NCBI GenBank assembly: GCA_038087875.1
Contig: CM075989.1
Coordinates: forward strand, 10,170,001 to 10,234,000
DNA from: Malacoraja senta
Lineage: Eukaryota
DNA: 64,000 nucleotides
Reading direction: 5' to 3'
A program made the translations under genes and the position numbers. Positions within the stretch are counted from its first letter, which is position 1; each line of letters starts with the position of its first letter. The notes under the pieces were generated by a model, which was not told where the DNA came from, did no database searches, and was given only the letters and a program-made list of their open reading frames with translations. Below, in pieces: positions 38,087 through 49,929 of the stretch.

Positions 38087-39712
38087 TTGGAGAAGCTCCG
38101 GGAGTATTATATATACCATACCCCTCCCCCTCACTGCTTCCTCTCCCAGTTTGACCCGGTCACCCCTACTGAAATCTCCAAACTCATCAGCTCTTCCAAA
38201 CCCACTACCTGCTCCCTTGACCCTCTCCCCACTCCCCTGCTGAAGTCCTGCCTCCCTGCTCTCTGCCCCTACCTCACTAATCTTTTCAACTCCTCATTGT
38301 CCCAAGGAATTGTCCCCTCTGCTTTCAAAACTGCTGCTGTCACACCAATCTTAAAGAAACCTGGTCTTGATCCCTCCTCTCTCATTAACTACCGCCCCAT
38401 CTCAAACCTCCCCTTTCTTTCAAAAACCCTGGAGCGTATCGTCGCGTCACAACTTCATTCCCACCTCCTCGCGTATAACCTATTCGAACCCCTCCAATCT
38501 GGCTTTCGCCCCCTCCATAGCACAGAAACTGCTCTCCTCAAAGTCCTCAATGACCTCCTTACCTCTGCTGACTCTGGCTCCCTCAATATCCTCATCCTCC
38601 TCGACCTGAGTGCAGCCTTCGATACCGTCAACCACAACATCCTGCTCACCAGACTTAGGGACCTTGGCATTGAAGGTTCTGCACTCAGCTGGTTCCGTTC
38701 TTACCTTTCCAACCGATCCCACTTCATCTCTCTCCATAACCACACCTCTGCCACAGCCACTGTCACTCAAGGCGTTCCCCAAGGCTCCGTTCTTGGTCCC
38801 CTCCTCTTCATCATCTACATCCTCCCCCTTGGTCATATACTCCGTCACTTCAAACTGGACTTCCACTGCTATGCTGATGACACCCAGATCTATCTCAGCA
38901 CCAAGTCCCCCCACCACCCCCCTCTCTCCCATATCAACTCCTGCCTATCAGCCATCAAATCTTGGATGCAACTCAACTTCCTTAAATTAAACAGTAGCAA
39001 AACAGAATTTCTCCTCATTGGCTCCAAATCAACACTCACTAAAATTAACAACCCCACTCTCACTATCGACGGCACCACTGTCTCCCCATCTCCTCAGGCA
39101 CGCAACCTTGGCGTGATCCTTGACTCAACCCTCTCCCTTGAGCCTCACATCCGCCATGTTGTCAAAACATCATTTTTTTACCTCCGCAACATTGCAAAAA
39201 TCAGATCGTCTCTCACACCCCCCGCTGCTGAAAGACTCATCCATGTCTTCATCTCCTCCCGACTGGACTACTGTAACTCTCTTCTTTTCGGAATCAATTC
39301 CAGCAGCATCAAACGACTCCAACTGGTCCAAAATGCAGCCGCTCGACTCATTACCCACACCAAATCCTGGCACCACATCACCCCAGTTCTCAAAGAACTT
39401 CACTGGCTTCCCATTTCCCACCGGATCACCTACAAAATCCTGGTCCTCACCTACAAAGCCCTCAACAACCTGGCCCCCCCTTATCTCATTGACCTCCTCT
39501 CCCCCTACCAACCCTCACGGTCCCTCAGATCCACATCAGCTGGTCTCCTCTCCACTCCGAAATCAAACCTCTGCACCTTTGGAGGCAGAGCCTTCTCCAG
39601 GGCAGCTCCCAGGCTCTGGAATTCCCTCCCACAACCGGTCCGAAATTCTGAGTCCCTCACCATCTTCCAGTCCCGCCTCAAGACCCATCTCTTCACCTCT
39701 GCATACCCTTAG
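38087..39712 (+). CDS. L2 ORF2 reverse transcriptase, partial (no endonuclease; start codon is fortuitous)
   Basis: NYRPISNLPFLSK, QSGFR..HSTETAL, LLDLSAAFDTV, GVPQGSVLGPLLF, YADD, SRLDYCNSLL, LHWLP. Confidence 0.9.
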   Translation: MEKLREYYIYHTPPPHCFLSQFDPVTPTEISKLISSSKPTTCSLDPLPTPLLKSCLPALCPYLTNLFNSSLSQGIVPSAFKTAAVTPILKKPGLDPSSLINYRPISNLPFLSKTLERIVASQLHSHLLAYNLFEPLQSGFRPLHSTETALLKVLNDLLTSADSGSLNILILLDLSAAFDTVNHNILLTRLRDLGIEGSALSWFRSYLSNRSHFISLHNHTSATATVTQGVPQGSVLGPLLFIIYILPLGHILRHFKLDFHCYADDTQIYLSTKSPHHPPLSHINSCLSAIKSWMQLNFLKLNSSKTEFLLIGSKSTLTKINNPTLTIDGTTVSPSPQARNLGVILDSTLSLEPHIRHVVKTSFFYLRNIAKIRSSLTPPAAERLIHVFISSRLDYCNSLLFGINSSSIKRLQLVQNAAARLITHTKSWHHITPVLKELHWLPISHRITYKILVLTYKALNNLAPPYLIDLLSPYQPSRSLRSTSAGLLSTPKSNLCTFGGRAFSRAAPRLWNSLPQPVRNSESLTIFQSRLKTHLFTSAYP

Positions 39713-39840
39713 TCCCATGTTCCCCTCCCCTCTGTCTTACTGCTCTATTTTGTTTTGTTTATTCCTGACTCTCAATTGTAAAGCGACTTTGAGTCCTGAA
39801 AAGCACTATATAAATAAAATCTATTATTATTATTATTATT
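38120..39840 (+). mobile_element. L2-clade LINE, 5'-truncated, young
   Basis: Uninterrupted RT frame, short 3' UTR with TGTAAAGCGACTTTGAG..AAAGCACTATATAAATAAA and (TTA)n tail. Confidence 0.95.
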
Positions 39841-41619
39841 AGAGCTGGGGTGTGTCTACATTGGGGGGTATTTAACCCCAGAGTTCATCCCGCAGCGCTG
39901 GGATATCCTGGGATACGTTGATGTAGTAGCCACATTACTGAATTGGTGGTCGATTGACCTAGACATGCATTCCAGGAATATGCAGGAATTTAAGTGGTTA
40001 ACTAAATAGTCCAGAATAAAAAGACTCAAGCCGATAATGGTGACGACGAAATTGCAATGTCTGTGGATCATATCAAATGAAATGTTATTATATTTCTGTG
40101 TTGCATCAAGATACATTTTAGTACATAACATACATAATATAAATGCAAGTTTTTGTCAAAATTGAGGAAAGAGGAACCAGTGGTATCTCTGGTTAGCAAT
40201 GGTTAAAGGACTGGGTGAAGATCCATACGATTTGATATTGCTGTTACAGCACGGAGTGGCAGGAAATAAGCAGGCAAAGAGTTAACAAGTGGTTACGTAA
40301 AGGGTCTCTGCGGTGATCACAGGACCAAGTGTTTTACTGTAGCTCTGCCAGAATGCAGTTAATGTATTGGCAGTTTTAGTAACAGGGCCTAATAATGATT
40401 AATTTCACCAAAGGATGCAAAATGACTGCTGGGAATAATGAGAAAATAATGATGCAGGTCCATTTGAAAGCAACATGCTCAACATCAAATGCAAAATTCT
40501 CAGTGTTTAATCGCAGAGTATTAATTAGCAGATATTTATTTACAGGTAAAACATTGCAACTGATTGAAATCCATTTCTGTAGCAGGTGGAGAGGTTGTTG
40601 CTGTGCAAGGTACACCCACACTCCAGGATTGTCCTGGAGAACATAGGATTAAACTACATGCTGCTGGAAAAAATGCATTAAAATAATGTTTATTTTTAAA
40701 CCGTCTGAATATTTTTCAACCTGATTGTTTGCCAACCTATTGTTGATCGGAAAGGCAGTGGTATTTGGTCAACAGTGAACAGCAAGTCATCTGGCAACTT
40801 ATTAATTGCAAGAGGCCATTCAGCCCATTGGGTTCATGTTGACTCCTGGCAAGGCAATCCACCATCTCATTGTTTTTCCCAGTTCCATCTCCCATCCAAT
40901 CCAATCCACTTTGGCTATTTATCTAAATTTGGGGTAAATTACAACAGCCAGTCAACCTAACCTACCCAAGATCACAGAAACAGGCCCTTCGGCCCAAAAT
41001 GCCAGTCCTATGCGTCAGTGTTTGGCCCTTATAACTCCAAACCTTTCCTATCCAGGTACCTGTCCTGGCCCCTGTACCAGCACACACTTGGGATGTGACA
41101 ACTAATTGGAGCACCTGGGGAAACCCATACAGTTACACGGAGAGCGGCCACACTCCACACAAGATCAGGGCTAAACCCAGTTCATCTGGAAGGCAGAAAC
41201 ACTAACTGCTGCACCATAGTGCTACCCAGACATATATGCCTGTTGGATGGTTATATAATCTCTTGGGTTGCACCGAGGCTTGTTGAGTGAAGAGATAATA
41301 CACAATAGGTGCAGGAGAAGGCCATTCGGCCCTTCGAGCCAGCACCGCCATTCAATATGATCATGGTTGATCATCCACAATCAGTACGCCGTTCCTGTCT
41401 TCTCCCCTGACTCCGCTTTCCTCAAGAGCTCTATCTAACTCTCTCTTGAAAGCATCTTGAAAGATGATCTTAAATGATCTAAAATGAATGGTCCAAGGCT
41501 TGAGCCCTATTGAAAGTGCTTTGTTTTTATTTTAATGGAAATGGTTTCAAAGCTGGATCCAGGAGACTGGGTGTGGGGAGAGGTCAGTGGCCATAGGCAG
41601 AGAGAGAGGCTGGTGTTTT

Positions 41620-42190
41620 AAAACTGCAGGAGCTTGTGGATATAGCCCAGTCCATTATGGAAACTATCCTCTTTCTACTCCCCCCCCCCCCCCCCCCACG
41701 CCCCACATCAACTCCAGTATAATTTATGATGCCTTGGGAAAGCAGCCAACATAATCAAGGACCATGTAGAAATAAGGAACTTGCAGATGCTGGTTTTAAA
41801 CAAAAAATATATAAATTGCTAGAGTAACTCAGCGGGTCAGGTGGCATCCCTGGTGAACTTGGATAGTGACGTATCGGATCAGGACATCTCCCGTCAGGCT
41901 AAGGATACAAAAGCTTGAAAGCACATACCACCAGATTCAAGAATAGTTATTTCCCCTGCTGTTCTCAGACTCGATAGAGCCTCTCAAATGCCAAGGATGA
42001 ATTCCTGATCTTCCAATCTACCATGTTACAGCCTTTGCACTTTTTTAACCTGCACTTTCTCTGTAGCTGCGACACTATATCTTGCACCCTATTCTCCCTT
42101 TGGCACTACCTGATATACTCATGTATGGTATGATTTGTCTGGATAGTTTGCAAAACTATAAATACATATGCCGATAATAAACCAATACCA
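41620..42190 (+). mobile_element. Rex1/Babar LINE 3' fragment, with Penelope-terminus insert at 41765-41890
   Basis: GGGAAAGCAGCCAACATAATCAAGGACC..GATACAAAAGCTTGAAAGCACATACCACCAGATTCAAGAATAG (IIKD..TTRFKNS). Confidence 0.7.
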
Positions 42191-42711
42191 ATTACTCAAC
42201 CTCTCCATCTCCTGCTGTTCTTGGTACAACGAGGACTAATTATCTTGACACTGCTCCAGAAAGAGTGCTGGATGGGGAATTACAAATAGACATAAAAGTT
42301 ATGCCCCTGTTGAATTTTAGAGTGATTCCAAATGACCCCAAAAGGGGTGTTATCATTGCACACTTAGTATTAAGTGACATCTTCATTTTCAAGGTGCTAA
42401 AATAAAAAGGTGCACCAGCTATTTTCTCGGCCATATTCTGTTTAGGTAGAGCTGACAGAGCAATTAATATTGGTCATATTTATTTGGGATTCTACCTTGT
42501 GAACCGTTACATAGAACCTCAAAGTCCCAGAGGACTCTGGGCAGAACCACTCTCCTCTGGGGCACTAGCTACATGGCAGATGCAGCTTCAATAATTATGG
42601 TTGACGTGTACTCTATATCTTTAGATATTCTATGACATTCCCTGACACCAGTAACACATTTAGAGTTATTATTAAATGTGCTACATATTAAATTAACACA
42701 ATAAGATTATA

Positions 42712-43104
42712 AAGGTCCACCACCTATTTTCCGGCAACTGGTGTTCCGGCACCTCCTTTAATCCGGACAAAATTCCGAGAGCACTCTCGAAATTCCCCCC
42801 TGGAACCCCCCTCTCCCCGAAAATGTGACACCTAGGCCATGTGAGGCGGGTGATCTTGACCTCATCGGGACCTCCGGGACCCTTCGGGGGGTCGGATTTG
42901 TCCCCAGTGTCCGGGGCTCTGGAACTCCAGCCTTGCCAGAGCCGGCAGATTCCGAGGTCGAATTTCCAGGCCGGTATCTTGGCCCCTTGGCAGCCAAGGC
43001 GGACCGTTCAACTTCTCTGGGCTATGACGTCTGTTTGTCTGGCAAAATGGATAATCCAGAAATGCTCTGGAACCAAGGGTGCCAGAAAATCAATGGCAGA
43101 CCTC
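42712..43104. mobile_element. Tc1/mariner (Tigger/pogo-like) MITE
   Basis: AGGTCCACCACCTATTTTCCGGCA..TTCCGG / CTGGAACCAAGGGTGCCAGAAAATCAATGGCAGACCT imperfect TIRs; TA on the left flank. Confidence 0.6.
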
Positions 43105-43297
43105 CACCACTAAAATACTTCCAAACAAACTAAATCAGGATCAACTCTTTTTCTTTACAAAATATTCCAACAAATGATCATGCTTTATTTACCTTTGTTG
43201 TGTAATCCTGGCCACAGGTTTTCATTGCCTTATATATCAACCAACACAAGGCCAGAGTAGTGAGCTAGCCCACCAGCATCACACCCCAGATGGTCTA

Positions 43298-43594
43298 CTT
43301 TAGTTTAGTTTAGAGATACACCATGGCAACAGGCCCATCGGCCCACTGAGTCCACGCTGACAACCGATCCCCGTACATTAGCACTGTCTTACAAGGGACA
43401 ATTTACAATCTTTACCAAAACCAATGATCCTACAAACCTATACGTCTTTAGAGCATGGGAGGAAACCGTAGTACCCGGGGAAAACCTACACAGTCGCGGG
43501 GAGAATGTACAAACTCCATATAGACACCACCCTTAGTCAGGATTGAATCTCAGTCTCTGGCACTGTCAGGCAGCAAATCTACCACTGCACCACC
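43298..43594 (-). mobile_element. HE1-type V-SINE
   Basis: (TTTAG)n tail, ACAGGCCC..GGCCCAC, GAGAATGTACAAACTCC, GGCAGCAAATCTACCACTGCACCACC. Confidence 0.85.
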
Positions 43595-44349
43595 CATCAG
43601 TCTCTGCTCTGTACTACCACTTCCAGACTGATAGCAGCAGTCAGTTGGGCGATGTTTTATGCACGATTCACAATAAAAGTCGACACAAGATGCTGGGATA
43701 ATTCAGCTGGTTCGACAGCATCTCTGGAGAACCAATCCGTGTTTTCCAGAGATGTTATCTCTTTAAAAATAGATGTTATCCTTTAAAAATAGATTGGATG
43801 GGTATATGGATGGGAAAGGAATGGAGGGTTATGGTCTAAGTGCAGGTAGATGGGACTAGGGGGAAGTATTTATTTTTAATTAAAAAAATAAAAAAAATAA
43901 AAAATTTAAATGTTCGGCACGGACTTGAAGGGCCGAGATGGCCTGTTTCCGTGCTGTTATGGTTATATGGTTATATGGTTATATGGTTACCTGACAAGCT
44001 AAGTTACTCCAGGACTCTGTGTGTTTTTTTGTAAACCAGCTCCTTGTGTCTCCACTATAAAAGTTGTTTTGGATTACACAAGCGAGCATTTCAAGATGGA
44101 TTAGCGAAGATTAGGAGAAGGATGGTTCACATCGACGTGATCACAATTTGCTCAGGGTAAGTGTTCTCCGCCATTGGCAGAGATTGGAACTACAAGGGGA
44201 AACCCACCAACCGTGTTATTATGCCACAAATAAAACCAGGGGCACCTTGTGCATGGTTTGGGGATGAGACCCCAGTGAAAGGGTCTGCACAGTGGCATCA
44301 ATATCCTGCTCACATCATCTGCTGCCCTCACTTCTCGAAGGCCAGTGTA

Positions 44350-45520
44350 ATTAATAATAATAATAATAATATCTTTATTGTCATTGCACAGAGGTACAAC
44401 GAGATTTGGAATGCAACTTCCATCCGATGTAATAACTTAATTAGCTAAAAATTTAGACACCCAGAGAAACAAGATTAAAAAAACAGTTAAAGCAGTATAA
44501 AGTGCAAATAGGTCTGTGCTGGGTCGATGTGCGATGTGACCATCCGAGGGAAACAGTTCATGGGGGGGGGAGGGGCACTCAGCAGGGCCGGTTCAGAGCA
44601 GCTATAGCTCTGGGGATGAAGCTGTTCCTAAGTCTGGAGGTGTGGGCATAGAAGGCCTTGTAACGTCTGCTGGATGGTAGAAGTTCGAACAGACTATTGC
44701 TAGGGTGTGACGAGTCTTTATGAATGCTGATGGCCTTCCTGAGGCACCATGTATTGTAGATGCCCTCCAAGGCTGGTAGCTGTGTCCCAATTATCTTCTG
44801 CACTCTGTGTACGACGCGCTGAAGAGCTCTCCTCTCCGCCTCCGTGCAGCTGAGATACCACACAGAGATGCCATATGTAAGGATGTTCTCTGTGGTGCAG
44901 CTGTGGTGCAGCGGTAGAAGGTTATCAGCAGCTGTAGGGTTGCCAATTGTCCCGTATTAGCCGGGACATCCCGTATATTGGGCTAAATAGGTTTGTCCTG
45001 TACGGGACTGCCTTTGTCCCGTATTTGACTGCTACTGCTCGGGTCGAGGGGACTGTCGGGTCGGAGAGCCGTGTCCAGCCCCGCCTCACCCGTCACGACG
45101 TAGTTCAGCCCATGCAGTGCAGCAGCAGCAGCCTGTGGCCCCGTCGATTGGCAGCCCGGCCAGCTGTCCGACCTTCGGACCTTCGCTTACTGCCGACACC
45201 CCTCCTTCTCATGGCCGATCATCAGTTCATGAGTTGGATGGGGTGCCGGACTTTGCGTGCGACGTCGCGTGGGCCAAAACTCCTCAGCTGCCCCGCCTGC
45301 TGGGCTTTGTGTGCAGTCCAGCACCCGGGCCAACTCATCATTCACCCAGCCACGGCCGAGTCGATCAACGAATTGCCGTCGGGAATTTGTCCCTTATTTT
45401 GACCTTTTGTCCATTATTTAGGAGTGAGAAAGTTGGCAACCCTAAGTGTAATGTTCACCATACCCCTGCAACTCTCTGCACTGACCACAGCCCTTTTGCC
45501 GACAATCATCAAGGGTTCAA
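44350..45520 (-). mobile_element. Rex1/Babar LINE 3' fragment, interrupted by a hAT MITE
   Basis: ORF 44579-44863 WY.SCT..ERRALQRVV..IIG..LP..KDSSHP..LFELLPSSRRY..TSRLRNSFIPRAI; (TAA)n tail. Confidence 0.85.
44935..45444. mobile_element. hAT-like MITE with CpG-rich interior
   Basis: 12-bp TIRs TAGGGTTGCCAA / TTGGCAACCCTA; subterminal TGTCCC(G/T)TATT repeats; no clean TSD. Confidence 0.8.
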
Positions 45521-46481
45521 CTATACGTCTAGAAATAGTGTCTTTAACATCTTGGGGTTGGACATGACCTGCTTGCATTCTGGTTCTGTGGTGGCTGTGG
45601 TGGCTGTGGTGGTATCCCATGTGGGATACTCAGAACGAGACAAGCGGTGGGTAGTGGTGTGTGAAGTAGTCCGTTCTTTCTGCAGCTTACGCAGGGATTC
45701 TGTGTGCTCCTTTGTATCTACTCCAAATTCTCAATACCACTCTGATTACTCCTCCATTCCGAGTGTTCATGGGCCAGAGATTGCCACAAGCACAGACACT
45801 CACATGTGTGTACATGTATATGTGTGTGTATACCCACAAACAAACATGCACATACACACTTCCATAAACACTCACATGTACTCACACTATATACACACAC
45901 ACTCACATATATAGGTATAGGTACACAAACGTACAATTTAGCAAACAACCTTGAACGAAAGAGCATCTGGAATCAGTGGTCTAGCAGAGAATGTGTTGTG
46001 TTTGTCAGACACATGCATTGGTGGACCAAGCAGCATTCTAAAACCTCTGGATTTTCAGTTATGGCTCATTTCACACACAAAGAGAGGTATTCATTCAGAG
46101 CAATGGTATGGCAGAGTAAATCCCAGACGACATCATTGGTGGCAAATATTTGAAATTCCATCAAGTAATGAGATCCCTTCTTGAAAATCATACCTTTCTG
46201 TATCCCGAACTCTCCTGGAGCACTGCATGAATACATTATGTTCCTCCCCAGTCTGCAGTGGATAGTTTTGCCGACATGCGCTTGTCCTTAGACGCGCAGT
46301 CTCAGGATTGTTGGGTGAACCATTGGGGTTCAGAGTGCTGTCAATATTTGGAATTCTTAACCATGAGAAGCTACGGGAGTTTAGTCATTCAGTATCGGCA
46401 GTCACACAGCGTTGAAATAGGCCCTTATGGCCCAACTCGTCCACACTGAACAAGATGCCCCATCAAAGCTGGTCTCATTTG

Positions 46482-47249
46482 TGATGACATACTGGAAGTG
46501 GCGGCGCCTCGCGGCAGCAGCCTCTGCAGTCCGTCTGTCTTTTTTTTTCTTTTTGTACTGTTAAGTGCATGTTTTTGTTGTAGTTTATATATTATTTTTA
46601 GCTGTGTAAATGTGGGGGGGCAGGGGGGAGGGGGTGGGGGTGGGGGGTACTTTTAAATCTCTTCCCTGTACAGGGACCCGACCTTTCCCTGTTGGGTCTC
46701 CGTTGTCGTTGGGGCCTAGCACCGTGGAGCAGCCTCCAACCGGAACCGACCTGGGGCTCCAGTCGCAGAGCCTGCGGACTCACCATCGCGGAGCTGGCCG
46801 ACTTCGGAGCGTGGAGAGCTGTGGTGGCGCGCGGTTGCGACCCGTCTTCGGAGCTTCGGAGGCTCCGACTGCAGGCCCGGTGGACGGTAACATCGGGAGC
46901 TCGCGGGTCCCTGGTGGGAGACCGCTTTTCAGAGCTCCCGCAATGACAACTTCTCCCGCCCAAATCGCAGGGTTAAATATGACCGGCCGCTTTAACGGCT
47001 GTGGGACTTACCATCGCCCGCCGGGGGGGGCTTTAACTTCGGGAGAAGAATAAAGAACAGGGGAGAGACAAGACTTTGCCTTCCATCACAGTGAGGAGGT
47101 GTTTGGAGATTCACTGTGATGGATGTTTATGTAAATTGTGTTAATTGTGTGTCTTGTTTTTTTTTCTTGTTTGAATGACTGCAGAAACGTAATTTTGTTT
47201 GAACTTAGGTTCAAATGACAATAAACGTTATTCTATTCTATTCTATTCT
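46482..47249 (+). mobile_element. Full-length non-autonomous GC-rich retroposon with Rex/Babar-type tail
   Basis: ATTTG TSD inside a CR1 fragment; 5' TGATGACATACTGGAAGTGGCGGCG; 13-bp hairpin 47082-47123; AATAAA plus (TTCTA)n tail. Confidence 0.8.
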
Positions 47250-47467
47250 ATTTGCCTGCATTTGACCCATATACCTCTAAACCCCTCCCATCCATGTACC
47301 TGTCCAGGTGTCTTCTAAATCCTGTTATATATTAATTATTGTCGCTACTATCTGCTCCAAAAGCTCATTCCATTTATCCACCACCCCCTGGGTGAAAAAG
47401 GTGCCCCTCAGCTCTCACTAAATCTTGCCCCTCTCACCTTAAACCCAAGTTCTCTGGGTCTGATAGT

Positions 47468-47592
47468 TTAAGAAGGAATTGCAGATGCTGGAAAATCGAC
47501 GGTAGACAAAAATGCTGGAGAAACTCAGCGGGTGAGGCTGCATCATAGATGCTGCCTCACCCGCTGAGTTTCTCCAGCATTTTTGTCTATCT
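47468..47592. mobile_element. Penelope-terminus fold-back element (short, near-perfect palindrome)
   Basis: TAGACAAAAATGCTGGAGAAACTCAGCGGGTGAGGC.GCATC / GATGCTGCCTCACCCGCTGAGTTTCTCCAGCATTTTTGTCTA; flanked by duplicated TCTCTGGGTCTGAT. Confidence 0.85.
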
Positions 47593-48494
47593 CTGGGTCT
47601 GATTCCCCAGTTGTGGACTTTCATTGCATTAAGGTTAAAGTAACAGAACAATTCACCTTAGGACACAATGAAGATAAGAATTAATCAAGATTTGAGATCA
47701 ATGCTCTACATGAAAAAAATTGGGGGCGATGAGAATACGGTAAGAGAGTGTATTTGAGACAAAGGATCAGTTATGATCTGATTGAAGAGCAGGATATATT
47801 TGAGGGGCTGAATGGTCTGCTCTAGATTTTATTTTGTATATTCTTTAAGAATGGATTTCAACAATGTTCTTTGTTCTGCAAATTGGAGATGTCAGTTTTG
47901 AGGAATTAAACTTTCCAGTTCACCAAAGATCTTTCACATCACGAACAGGAGGTGGTGGCTGCATCTGACGTCTCCTACCTTGTAGCAGTGACCGCACTTT
48001 AAAAGGTCTTCACTCGCCTTGGATAGGTAGAGGCATACGCACATACACCAGGAGTTACGTGCTTCACGGAAATCCACAAACTGCAAACACAAGAAACCTG
48101 AAATAAAGATAGAAGTTGCTGTAAATGTACAGCAGGTCAGACAGCATCTGCGGGGTGGGGTGGGGGTTGGGGGTGGGGGTGGGGGTGGGGGGTGTGGATG
48201 AAACAGCAAACATTTCAGGGCAATATCTTTTGTGGTCCATTCCCTTTTCCCCTCCCCACTCAGATGCTACCTGTCCTGTTCAGCATTCTGACTTTGTTTT
48301 TCATTATACTCCTTTGCAGGTCTTGCATAACCTACATCAAAGCTGCCGAGACACATTCTTTGGATGGAGCCAGTGCTTCCCTCCGTCGACCAGGAGCTGG
48401 TCATTCCTGGCATGAGACAATTTTTAAGCCATTCTTGGCCGCTAGGTAAATCTGAGTGTCCCGACGTGCCATTCCAAAAGGCAGTTTTAAACAC

Positions 48495-48820
48495 AGTGTT
48501 ACAATGGTTAAATTAATGGACTTGTAATCCGGACTATTAATTCAGGGACTTGCATTCAAATTCCACCACAGCAGCTGTGCAATTTAAATTAAGCTTATTT
48601 TTTTAGAAAGCATAGTCCCAGTAATTACTCTAAAAACCCATCTGGTTCACTATTGTTCTCCAGGGAAGAAATCTGCCATCCTTACTCAGACTGGTTGACT
48701 TTCATATCCCATCTGAAGTGACCACCGCTGTAGTTCAACAAGGCATCCGCACCTTTTCTAGGGCAATCAGAGAGGGGCAATCAACGCTGGCCTTGCCATC
48801 AAAGCCCAGAGCTTGACAAT
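48495..48820 (+). mobile_element. Old tRNA-derived SINE with CR1-type tail
   Basis: GGACTTGTAATCC..TTCAAATTCCACCACAGCAG..AAAAACCCATCTGGTTCAC..GGGCAAT..GCTGGCCTTGCC. Confidence 0.6.
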
Positions 48821-49682
48821 TTTAATATGGTAATTAGCTAATTAGTTAAGCAAATGCTTTGGTGCTCCTCCCCTTTGGAAAATATGCTCTTTAGCTAAGG
48901 ACAGCAAACTGTCACCCCAAGAGTGAATTAGGTAGGGTTTTATGGAAATGCAATGGGGCTATTATTCTAACTAATTAGTTGTATGGAGGCCACCTTAAAT
49001 TCCTCAGATGCATTACGGTGAGTTCCCATTCACAGAGTCACAGGGCGTGGAAACAAGCCCTTCAGCCCAACTTGCAGTTGCTATCCCCTAACAGAGCACC
49101 TACCCGCCACACAGTTCTCTCCACCACAGCCACTCTGCTGATACCTGCCTGCCTTCCTTGAACACACCCACGAGGAGCAGTCACTCTCGGATGCTAACTA
49201 CTTTCAGCTGTTCAACTGAAACTGACCTCGTTAACTGTTGTCTTTTTTTAAAAACCTCCCTTCTGCTCCTGCCTTTAGCTACTCAACTTGGAACGTCACA
49301 TCTGATTGCAGATGATACTGAGGGGGCAGAGTCCTGTGGACACTCCCCTCAAACAAGAGAAGAGACATCACCCCAGGGGGGCCACATGGATGGCAAGGGT
49401 GTTTTGCCTAAAGATAGATGCGAACACCACTACTACAACACTAATGAATATGAAGATACTGAGAATGTTTCTAGAGTTTTTGCACAGTTTTTGCTTTGTA
49501 TATATTTTTATTCTGAGCAAAGTTTATTTTTGTATGATTACAGATGACTGGAGCTTATATGTAAGTTTTGTGTGCATTCTGTCAACATTAGTGCTCATAA
49601 GTATTTTAAGATTATTTGCTAAATCAGTAAAGGACTGATTTAAGACGACAACTTAAAGTTTCAAGACTTGAAGCCTGAGTAA

Positions 49683-49929
49683 AGGGCCTGTCCCACTTTC
49701 ACGATCTAATTCACGACCTTTTTTACTCGTGGATATTTTTCATCAGGCTAGAAAAAACGCCCGACCTACTTGATGCCACGAGTACCTACGACTAGCATCA
49801 CGGCCTGCTACGACCTACCTACGACCTCCTATGACCTCCTACGACCTCGTGACGACCATGCTGCGAGTATGAGTCAAGGGCAAACTCAGCAGAGGTCGTG
49901 AATTAGGTCATGAAAGTGGGACAGGCCCT
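49683..49929. mobile_element. PIF/Harbinger-like MITE inserted in a CR1 fragment (~49650-50225)
   Basis: AGGGCCTGTCCCACTTTCACGATCTAATTCACGACCT / AGGTCGTGAATTAGGTCATGAAAGTGGGACAGGCCCT; internal ACGACCT repeats; flanks TAA/TTA. Confidence 0.85.

Noticed and set aside
38367..39842. Overlapping Ser/Pro-rich and antisense ORFs
   Set aside because: Shadow frames of the C-rich L2 RT sequence.
48151..48193. Strong G-quadruplex motif (GGGGT)n
   Set aside because: Simple-repeat expansion inside a degenerate Penelope terminus; G-runs are common throughout the window.
49770..49860. Short direct repeats ACGACCT resembling an array
   Set aside because: Internal repeats of a MITE, without unique spacers; not CRISPR-like, and the DNA is vertebrate.
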